From IMG/VR virus record IMGVR_UViG_3300042383_001692: DNA of 20,000 bases; one strand, written 5' to 3'. How positions within the stretch are numbered: the first letter of the stretch is position 1; each line of letters starts with the position of its first letter. This DNA is from an uncultured virus (IMG/VR IMGVR_UViG_3300042383_001692). Taxonomy: Duplodnaviria; Heunggongvirae; Uroviricota; Caudoviricetes. The position numbers and the translations under genes were made by a program. Below, one piece after another: positions 8,253 through 14,176 of the stretch. The notes under the pieces are model-generated. The model was not told where the DNA came from. It was given only the letters and a program-made list of their open reading frames with translations, and made no database searches.

Positions 8253-8641
8253 CAGCGATATACGCCCATTTTGAGAAGCGGATATCTTGGGTGATGGATC
8301 CATCCGTCTTCGGAGATTTGAATTGCGGAATTTTCCATGTTTGCCGCTGCAGGGTTGAAATATGCATGAACGTAAATCCACGCATGGTCAATTTTTGCGT
8401 AGATTACAAACACGCATTTTTCAGCTCCTGTTTGCAGCTGAGCGAGGATTTCCTGCTTGCCTATTCTGTGCTTGGGCTTGGCCTTCACTTGCTCCGCATA
8501 GAGATTTTTGCGGAGATTTTCCAGGAATTCTCGACGTGGAACTTTCTTGTCGCCTAGCCACCCGTTGTCGTGCAACTGGGTGGCTAGATCGAACAAATCT
8601 CTGATTACATCCGTGGGAGCGAGCTTATCTTCCCACGGCAT
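8252..8641 (-). CDS. hypothetical protein (129 aa)
   Basis: GGAGG SD and ATG start; operon packing. Confidence 0.7.
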   Translation of the reverse strand: MPWEDKLAPTDVIRDLFDLATQLHDNGWLGDKKVPRREFLENLRKNLYAEQVKAKPKHRIGKQEILAQLQTGAEKCVFVIYAKIDHAWIYVHAYFNPAAANMENSAIQISEDGWIHHPRYPLLKMGVYR

Positions 8642-9053
8642 TTATTTCCTCCGCACTCAAATGCTTGATTAAACCCTGCATTACTGTGTCAACCAAAACA
8701 ACACGAATAGGCTTTTTCATGGCCAGCATTGTTTTGATCATGTGAGTAGTGCCCGGACTGCTGCCGTCATAAAACACAACGGCGGCATCTGCATATTCTG
8801 CCATGCGCTCATTTCGACGCATGCCCGCAGAACGTCCTTCTTCATCCCACTTTGCAGGCATCAAACAAATGCGGTATCCATGCTTCAACGCATACGCTCG
8901 ACCAAGGGTGTCTGGTCCCTGCGCTCCTCCGGATATCACTTCAATTCTGCATTCATTCTTTTTGTAAACAAGAAGATTATTCACAACCTCTTCTAGTTTG
9001 TCGTAATTGCAGAAAGACCGGCTTCCTGCAATTACAAGTCGAAACGTGTTCAT
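8625..9053 (-). CDS. YspA-like SLOG family protein (DUF2493)
   Basis: LVIAGSRSF...VISGGAQGPDTLG...PAKWDEEGRSAGMRRNERMAEYADAAVVFYDGSSPGT. ATGA overlap at 9050-9053. Confidence 0.9.
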   Translation of the reverse strand: MNTFRLVIAGSRSFCNYDKLEEVVNNLLVYKKNECRIEVISGGAQGPDTLGRAYALKHGYRICLMPAKWDEEGRSAGMRRNERMAEYADAAVVFYDGSSPGTTHMIKTMLAMKKPIRVVLVDTVMQGLIKHLSAEEINAVGR

Positions 9054-9319
9054 TTGTTCCTGCTCCATGCAACCAGCGGCGTGTTGAATAGATTCACACC
9101 GTTGGCCAGCATCTGTTCTGCATCCTTGACGTCGTCTTCAGAAAAAACCCAGTAGGACATGATCGCTCCATCCCACGGATCGTTCGTATACACGAGCGTC
9201 ATCCCGAGATTACTGGCGTCTTTCTGGTCAAGAGCGCTGTAATCGACCATGACCGCCTTGTTTTGCGATTCTGCAATTTTGATCAATTCAAGCACGATGT
9301 TCTCCTTGGCTGTCTTCAC
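9050..9319 (-). CDS. hypothetical protein (~89 aa)
   Basis: Tightly packed minus-strand ORF. Confidence 0.6.
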   Translation of the reverse strand: MKTAKENIVLELIKIAESQNKAVMVDYSALDQKDASNLGMTLVYTNDPWDGAIMSYWVFSEDDVKDAEQMLANGVNLFNTPLVAWSRNK

Positions 9320-9563
9320 ACTTCTGACAGGACAGAGTTCCTGGTCCCATCAGATACATGATTCCGTTTTTGTCTTTGACATAGAAATACTCTTTGACGG
9401 GAGTATTTGTTTCAAAAACCACAAACGGCTGCTGATCCGGATTGATTCCCATCCTAATGATGGTGTTCAGGTCGGCAACAATAAATTTGCTGCCGACCGA
9501 AAGCGTGGACAAAATGGTGTTATTCACAGTAAAGAGTGTATCTTCGCTCGTCCGAAGACACAA
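9288..9563 (-). CDS. hypothetical protein (~91 aa)
   Basis: Tightly packed minus-strand ORF; start uncertain. Confidence 0.5.
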   Translation of the reverse strand: MCLRTSEDTLFTVNNTILSTLSVGSKFIVADLNTIIRMGINPDQQPFVVFETNTPVKEYFYVKDKNGIMYLMGPGTLSCQKCEDSQGEHRA

Positions 9564-9771
9564 TTACCCTGTAGGAAGAAGAGTTGTCGCAAAACTGCGA
9601 CACGACAGAAACGTTGTCCTTGTTTTCCTTTTCCTGAAAGAGGCAGGAAAACATTTCGTTGCTGACTCCTCCATACCGCGTGCAGGCGCGGCCAAACAGA
9701 CTGCTTCTTTCCATCACGGTCCCTAGGATCATTGACGCAAAAATCACGATGGCTACTGCGATCTTTTTCAT
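9520..9771 (-). CDS. small protein with an N-terminal signal/TM segment
   Basis: MKKIAVAIVIFASMILG; GGAG SD. Confidence 0.6.
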   Translation of the reverse strand: MKKIAVAIVIFASMILGTVMERSSLFGRACTRYGGVSNEMFSCLFQEKENKDNVSVVSQFCDNSSSYRVIVSSDERRYTLYCE

Positions 9772-9786
9772 TTTTGACTCCAAAAC

Positions 9787-9820
9787 TCCGGGTTTTGTTG
9801 ACGCGGACCCGGAAACCGCG
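9787..9820 (-). ncRNA. H-type pseudoknot motif after a stop codon
   Basis: CGCGG-UU-UCCGGGU-CCGCG-UCAACAAA-ACCCGGA. Confidence 0.7.
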
Positions 9821-9825
9821 AGAAA

Positions 9826-10281
9826 CTAGAACGGAATGTCCTTGTCGAGAACGTCTTCGCGGGCAACAGAAGTCTCTTCCTTCTTCTGCTCTTCGCCCCA
9901 CTTGGCCAGCTCAAAGACCATCGGCTTGCTGTCAGGATCGTTGCGATCGCAGCGAATCCACTTGCCGGTGTCGTCCTGCTTTGCCGTAAACGGATTCAGC
10001 CACAGGCTGCCGCTCTTGTCGGGATTCAGCAGCCCGTAGACGGACGCCTTGGCCTTGAGGCCGCGGACTTCGCCGGTCTCCTCGTTCTCGATGCGCTCCC
10101 ACTTGAAGTTGTCTGCAAACCCGATCGGAACGGTAAGAGCCGCACTGAATTTCAGTTTGAACGTCACCACGCCGTCGGCCTGCGTGTAGGCCTGCCACGA
10201 CTGCGCGCGCAGGACCTCGCGCTTGCCGTCCTTGGTGCGAACATTGTTTCGATACAGCGTCACATTGTGTCGATTGCTCAT
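9826..10281 (-). CDS. beta-rich protein with an SSB-like acidic C-terminal tail (possible second SSB)
   Basis: AGGAGG SD; ends ...EDVLDKDIPF. Confidence 0.75.
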   Translation of the reverse strand: MSNRHNVTLYRNNVRTKDGKREVLRAQSWQAYTQADGVVTFKLKFSAALTVPIGFADNFKWERIENEETGEVRGLKAKASVYGLLNPDKSGSLWLNPFTAKQDDTGKWIRCDRNDPDSKPMVFELAKWGEEQKKEETSVAREDVLDKDIPF

Positions 10282-10337
10282 AAAAAACTACCTCCTGAAC
10301 TCTAATCACCATATGAACGAGCACGCGCCCGTTCACT

Positions 10338-10357
10338 CCTATACGCGCGTCAGCGCG
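10338..10357 (-). promoter_or_regulatory. TGAC-loop hairpin motif abutting a hammerhead
   Basis: CGCGC-TGAC-GCGCG-TATAGGAG (variant tail). Confidence 0.7.
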
Positions 10358-10421
10358 GTCTCCTCAGCGCAGGCATCACCTGCGGATCATCGGGGAGAAG
10401 AATCTCCCCTAGATTTCGACC
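10357..10421 (-). ncRNA. hammerhead ribozyme, type II (HH-A)
   Basis: GGUC-GAAA-UC UA GGGGAGA UUCU UCUCCCC GAU GA-UC^-CGCAGG UGAUG CCUGCG-CUGAGGA-GACC. Predicted cleavage after AUC, between 10385 and 10384. Confidence 0.92.
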
Positions 10422-10466
10422 TGGTTAATGGCGTCGGCATGCTTGCGCACACCGACGCCGACAAAA

Positions 10467-10658
10467 CTACCGCCAGCGCAGCTCTTCGAGGTCGTCCGAC
10501 CCCCAGAAACTGAGCTGACCACTGTTCCCCCCGAGCTTCTCGATGATCTTCCGTGCGAGTTCTTCGGCGTCCCAGTCGTAGTTCACGACCGTGACGTCGA
10601 TTTCCTCTTCGTTGAAGCTCCAATCAAACGACACTCGCGGATCCTTCTTCTTGCCCAT
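10467..10658 (-). CDS. small acidic hypothetical protein (63 aa)
   Basis: AGGAGG SD with ATG. Confidence 0.7.
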   Translation of the reverse strand: MGKKKDPRVSFDWSFNEEEIDVTVVNYDWDAEELARKIIEKLGGNSGQLSFWGSDDLEELRWR

Positions 10659-10670
10659 GTTTTTTGCCTC

Positions 10671-10880
10671 CTACCTGCAACTGCGCGTCCATCCATGCTC
10701 CGTGCGCGCATACACGGTTTCCTGGTGCATGGTTCTCAAATTACGAACGACGATTTCGCTGATTCGATCGTCATGCTGATAAAACGAAAGAAGGGCTCGA
10801 TACTCCTCGAGCCCTTCTGAACTGACGGTCACCACGTTCAGGCGACCGTCAGTTTGGAAGCGAAGTTCAATGACGTTCAT
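10671..10880 (-). CDS. hypothetical protein (69 aa)
   Basis: ATG 10880 (MNVIELRF); its GAGGAG SD is supplied by the hairpin motif. Confidence 0.7.
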   Translation of the reverse strand: MNVIELRFQTDGRLNVVTVSSEGLEEYRALLSFYQHDDRISEIVVRNLRTMHQETVYARTEHGWTRSCR

Positions 10881-10887
10881 TTTTCTC

Positions 10888-10907
10888 CTCATACGGCCGT
10901 CAGGCCG
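10888..10907 (-). promoter_or_regulatory. TGAC-loop hairpin motif (the loop TGA is the hicB stop codon)
   Basis: CGGCC-TGAC-GGCCG-TATGAG-GAG. Confidence 0.75.
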
Positions 10908-11118
10908 CGGGAACTGGAACCTCCATTCCCGCATCCAATGCCACTTCGATCCACAAGCGCATGGCATCCTCGATCATGGCGCCGACTTCCTCGAAGGTAT
11001 CCGCCTCAGTCGCGCAACCCGGCAATTCGCGAACGCGCGCGAACCACACCGGATGATCTCCGGAGAGATCCTGGGTCACTTCGATGGTGTAGGGAAGGTT
11101 CATATAGTGGTCTACCAT
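10900..11118 (-). CDS. hicB: HicB-like antitoxin, N-terminal domain only, orphan
   Basis: YMNLPYTIEV...WFARVRELPGCATEADTFEEVGAMIEDAMRLWIEVALDAGMEVPVP is a typical HicB. GAGGA SD. Confidence 0.88.
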   Translation of the reverse strand: MVDHYMNLPYTIEVTQDLSGDHPVWFARVRELPGCATEADTFEEVGAMIEDAMRLWIEVALDAGMEVPVPAA

Positions 11119-11130
11119 TTTTATCCTCAA

Positions 11131-11322
11131 CTAATCGCCGAGTTCCGCAATCTTGCGATCCACCAGAGCGCGGAAACTCTGGTTGTCGTAGCGGATTTCT
11201 CCGCTTTCGAGCGCCTTGTCGAACGCCTGAATGGCGCCCTTGAGGCCTTCGACGCCGGCGTTCACATCGCCGGCACGCGCAACTTCCATTGCTCGTTCGA
11301 CCATTCTTACAAACTTGTGCAT
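11131..11322 (-). CDS. small helical hypothetical protein (63 aa)
   Basis: GGAG SD with ATG; not HicA-like. Confidence 0.65.
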   Translation of the reverse strand: MHKFVRMVERAMEVARAGDVNAGVEGLKGAIQAFDKALESGEIRYDNQSFRALVDRKIAELGD

Positions 11323-11429
11323 TTTTTTACTCCAAAAAAAGACTCCGGTTTTGATAGAGAACCGGCAAACTCCGGGGTTTATGGCTATGCCCCCCTAACC
11401 GCACAGCGGGTTAAAACGGATAGAAGCAC

Positions 11430-11473
11430 AACCCTGTCAGGGAATCGAACCCTGATAAATCGCCAGACAGGGC
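11430..11473 (-). ncRNA. minimal tRNA-like structure (acceptor stem + T-arm)
   Basis: GCCCUGU-CUGGCGAUUUAU-CAGGG-UUCGAUU-CCCUG-ACAGGGU-U, with exact 7-bp + 5-bp geometry. Confidence 0.7.
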
Positions 11474-11519
11474 AATCTTCGTCCTACCGCATAGCTTGCA
11501 ATTCAAGTGAGGATTGCTC

Positions 11520-11539
11520 CTCATGCGACCGTCAGGTCG
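11520..11539 (-). promoter_or_regulatory. TGAC-loop hairpin motif
   Basis: CGACC-TGAC-GGTCG-CATGAG-GAG. Confidence 0.75.
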
Positions 11540-11660
11540 AATGCGCCTTGGCTCCGGAGATTCGACGTGGTCATCTCCAAACCAGAGTTGCGGCGCTTCT
11601 GTTGTCATCCGCGAGGGAAATAGTCCCGCATTTCTGCTGGTCCACTCTATTTCCATTACT

Positions 11661-11725
11661 GGTCTCGTCAGCACCCGCATTACGGGTGGATCATCGGGGA
11701 GCTTTCGCTCCCCTAGATTTCGACC
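11661..11725 (-). ncRNA. hammerhead ribozyme, type II (HH-B)
   Basis: GGUC-GAAA-UC UA GGGGAGC GAAA GCUCCCC GAU GA-UC^-CACCCG UAAUG CGGGUG-CUGACGA-GACC. Predicted cleavage between 11689 and 11688. Confidence 0.93.
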
Positions 11726-11734
11726 TTATGGGGA

Positions 11735-12031
11735 TCAGAACGGGATTTCCCCGTCCTGATCCTTCTCCTTTCCCTGCCAATACTTCTCGATTTCGGAATC
11801 GAGAAGGTTGGCAAGGAACATTGCCACGCGGAGTTCGTCGTCGCCCTGCTCGCGCGCAAGACGCACGAGCTCTTCGGTGATCTTGCAATCACCGAAATTC
11901 TCTAAATTGGTGACAAACTGATCGAGTTCGTCACTGATTTGGAGATATCCTCCAATCACGTTTGCGTCGTGCCACGCCGCCGTCAATTGAATGACGGCGA
12001 ACATGACTGCTTGGAAATTGTTGTCGTTCAT
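11735..12031 (-). CDS. hypothetical protein (98 aa) with an SSB-like tail
   Basis: ATG 12031 (MNDNNFQ) after GAGGAG; ends KDQDGEIPF. Confidence 0.75.
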   Translation of the reverse strand: MNDNNFQAVMFAVIQLTAAWHDANVIGGYLQISDELDQFVTNLENFGDCKITEELVRLAREQGDDELRVAMFLANLLDSEIEKYWQGKEKDQDGEIPF

Positions 12032-12038
12032 GATTCTC

Positions 12039-12058
12039 CTCATACGCCCGTCAGGGCG
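12039..12058 (-). promoter_or_regulatory. TGAC-loop hairpin motif
   Basis: CGCCC-TGAC-GGGCG-TATGAG-GAG. Confidence 0.75.
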
Positions 12059-12080
12059 TTTTTGCCAACAAAACCCCACT

Positions 12081-12141
12081 GGTCTCATCAGTGTGCGCAT
12101 CACGCACAGACCCCTTGCATCGCACGCAAGGGATTTCGACC
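12081..12141 (-). ncRNA. hammerhead ribozyme, type II (HH-C)
   Basis: GGUC-GAAA-UCCCUUGC GUGCGAU GCAAGGGG-UC^-UGUGCG UGAUG CGCACA-CUGAUGA-GACC. Predicted cleavage after GUC, between 12109 and 12108. Confidence 0.95.
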
Positions 12142-12150
12142 TGTCTCGGC

Positions 12151-12495
12151 CTAGGAAATGACTTCCCAGACCGAGAATTCAAACGACGCAGAAGAAATTT
12201 CTGCGTCACTGTATTCCGCAACGCCTTCGCGTCGCGGCAAACCGCGAACCGACATGACCACGAGCTTGTCGTTCAGCCCAAGCTTGACCATCGGCGCCTT
12301 CGCTGGCACTTCGACCATCAGGCCGAAGCGCCTCTGCATTGCGATGATCGTTGCGCCATGCGAGGGGTTCAACGCCGGGATGACCCCAGCGTTGACCAGT
12401 TCGCGGACGGCCTCGACCGTGACGATCTTGCGGGTGACCGTCACGTCACCCGCAAACATGCCGTCGGCGACGGCAAAGCTAAAGTAAGTGCTCAT
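12151..12495 (-). CDS. probable DUF1874 / AcrIII-1-like ring nuclease (STIV B116-like), divergent
   Basis: 114 aa. YFSFAVADGMF / ALNPSHGAT (His46) / VKLGLNDKLVV / LPRREGVAEYSDAEI / FEFSVWEV follow the order and spacing of the B116-family blocks as recalled (NAFS.NM / AIGH..T / V.L..GD..(I/L)V / RL.EG.VL...EI / FY.V). GGAGG SD. Confidence 0.68.
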   Translation of the reverse strand: MSTYFSFAVADGMFAGDVTVTRKIVTVEAVRELVNAGVIPALNPSHGATIIAMQRRFGLMVEVPAKAPMVKLGLNDKLVVMSVRGLPRREGVAEYSDAEISSASFEFSVWEVIS

Positions 12496-12533
12496 TTTGC
12501 CTCCAAAAGAACTACTGCACACAAGACTCTACT

Positions 12534-12592
12534 GGTCTCATCAGCACACGCATCACGTGTGTATACCCCTTAGCTAGAGGGGTATTTCGACC
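12534..12592 (-). ncRNA. hammerhead ribozyme, type II (HH-D)
   Basis: GGUC-GAAA-UACCCCU CUAGCUA AGGGGUA-UA^-CACACG UGAUG CGUGUG-CUGAUGA-GACC. Predicted cleavage after AUA, between 12562 and 12561. Confidence 0.95.
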
Positions 12593-12594
12593 TG

Positions 12595-12940
12595 GACTCA
12601 CTACTGATTAGCTAGATCAATAGTGAGTCACAGCACAAGATTTCGGCTTGTGCACACCGAACGCGCACGACCGGTCCACCGGCATCTCATTGCGCGCTCC
12701 ACTACATTTCAACGCATTGCTTGTATTTGCAACTACAAACAACGCATTGAAATGCGCTCTTGCTTCCTGGTGCAAGAGAACCATCTCTCAACCAACACTG
12801 ACTCGCGGCCTCGCAAAGCAATCCCGAACGGATTGAGTCTCTGCTTTGCGACCGGGTCTCGCGGGCGACCCTGAACTGCCCGAGCACTTGCTCAGACGAT
12901 CCGCGAAACCGGATGAGAGCTACGACGCAGCCCTCAGCCA
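12595..12940 (-). ncRNA. large structured non-coding RNA of unknown class (~350 nt)
   Basis: About ten consecutive hairpins, including a 21-bp stem (12705-12754) whose plus-strand C/A mismatches are all G-U pairs on the minus strand. No convincing ORF with an SD. Confidence 0.75.
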
Positions 12941-12945
12941 AAACT

Positions 12946-13021
12946 CTCATACGCACGTCAGTGCTTTCGCACGGACACTGCGTATGCGGAACTCAAGAGC
13001 TCCTCATACGCACGTCAGTGC
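12946..13021 (-). promoter_or_regulatory. two tandem TGAC-loop hairpin motifs (12946-12964, 13003-13021)
   Basis: Both read GCAC-TGAC-GTGC-GTATGAG and lie immediately upstream of the ncRNA. Confidence 0.75.
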
Positions 13022-13044
13022 TTTACACTAACTGAGAACTCACT

Positions 13045-13105
13045 GGTCTCATCAGTGCACGCTTTACGTGCAGATCTCCCGCATCGCACGCGGGAGATTT
13101 CGACC
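13045..13105 (-). ncRNA. hammerhead ribozyme, type II (HH-E)
   Basis: GGUC-GAAA-UCUCCCGC GUGCGAU GCGGGAGA-UC^-UGCACG UAAAG CGUGCA-CUGAUGA-GACC. Predicted cleavage between 13073 and 13072. The first G is shared with the upstream TAG stop. Confidence 0.95.
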
Positions 13106-13302
13106 TACAAAGAAACGATGATCAGGCCGAGGTTGCCTCCGCAGACGAACTCGGTCTTGAGCCCTCCGAGCTCAAAGAGGACTTGCTGGGCAAGGGCGTC
13201 TTCGCCCTCGCGCAGATGCCACACGACATTCCCTCGATCTCCGTAGTCAAGGGCGTCCATCACGCCCTCGACCGTCTGCCACTTCACCTTGTTCTCGTTC
13301 AT
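13105..13302 (-). CDS. hypothetical protein (65 aa)
   Basis: AAGGAG SD; ATG 13302 (MNENKVKW). Confidence 0.7.
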   Translation of the reverse strand: MNENKVKWQTVEGVMDALDYGDRGNVVWHLREGEDALAQQVLFELGGLKTEFVCGGNLGLIIVSL

Positions 13303-13369
13303 AACACTCCTTCGGGAAAGCTCTGCGGCCTCCCATATGCGAACAATTAAGAGAGCACACAAGCTTCTC

Positions 13370-13447
13370 CTCATACGCACGTCAGTGCTTTCGCACTACA
13401 CATGCGTATCAGGAGGAAGCAAAATGCTCTCATACGCCCGTCAGGGC
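13370..13447 (-). promoter_or_regulatory. two TGAC-loop hairpin motifs (13370-13388, 13429-13447)
   Basis: GCAC-TGAC-GTGC-GTATGAG and GCCC-TGAC-GGGC-GTATGAG. Confidence 0.75.
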
Positions 13448-13551
13448 AGAGTCTCCACTCGAGACTCGCTCTGTTATGTATCACCTCCCTAACCGTTGCT
13501 GTTAGGCGAAGGAAGGGAGGTGAATACGACATCCTGTGAACCGAAAGGGTA

Positions 13552-14079
13552 TCACCGGATGGGAACCCACTCGAGGGTGACATTGTCACGCTCGGTGAGT
13601 TCGGCCGAGTTTAGGGCGAGAACCCGGCAAGCCAGCTGGGTGGCCTTCTGCTGCCAGAGCTGGACCTCCTCGTAGAAGAAGGTCTGGCGTCTGGTGAGCG
13701 GCTTGCCCTGGACCAGGCGCCGCTCGATGTCGCGCTGGGTGGACTCCCGGAGGCGCGAACCATCCATGGGGCGCCACGCCGCGATCTGGCCGGCGTAGGC
13801 CCATTCTCGCATTTTGGGGTCCGGCTTGACCCCGTGGCGCTTCGCGTATTCTGCGAAGGCCTGCGATACCGCCTCAGGGCGGATGAATATATCCCTGCGC
13901 ACATCGTCCTTGCGCACAGGAATATTCACGAACCGACCGTGGTTGACCACGGCGGCTCGGTGCCCGGGAGGAGGTTTGCCGAAGTTCTCCTCCGTTGCGG
14001 AAGGCTTGGCCGCGCTCGGCACGGCTGCCCTCCGGGTCGTGGTGGGCGCTCCACGACCAAAAGCTGGTTTCTCGTTCAT
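13552..14079 (-). CDS. basic hypothetical protein (~175 aa)
   Basis: Start taken at ATG 14079 (MNEKPAFG). The upstream extension in the ORF track runs through hairpins and a T-tract. Confidence 0.7.
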   Translation of the reverse strand: MNEKPAFGRGAPTTTRRAAVPSAAKPSATEENFGKPPPGHRAAVVNHGRFVNIPVRKDDVRRDIFIRPEAVSQAFAEYAKRHGVKPDPKMREWAYAGQIAAWRPMDGSRLRESTQRDIERRLVQGKPLTRRQTFFYEEVQLWQQKATQLACRVLALNSAELTERDNVTLEWVPIR

Positions 14080-14176
14080 GCTCGCCCCCTTCGGGCGCTC
14101 GGCCCCTAGGGGGGCCTCGCCCCCTTCGGGGGCTTCGCCCCATGAAATAAAAAGCCTCGCATTGCTGCGAAGCTTA

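Noticed and set aside
11411..11680. 89-aa minus-strand ORF
   Set aside because: Starts inside hammerhead B and runs through the hairpin motif and mini-tRNA; no SD. More likely non-coding, though a shorter ORF is not excluded.
10870..11880. 336-aa plus-strand ORF
   Set aside because: Antisense to hicB, small SD-led genes, a hammerhead and a mini-tRNA; no recognisable motif, so treated as a shadow ORF.
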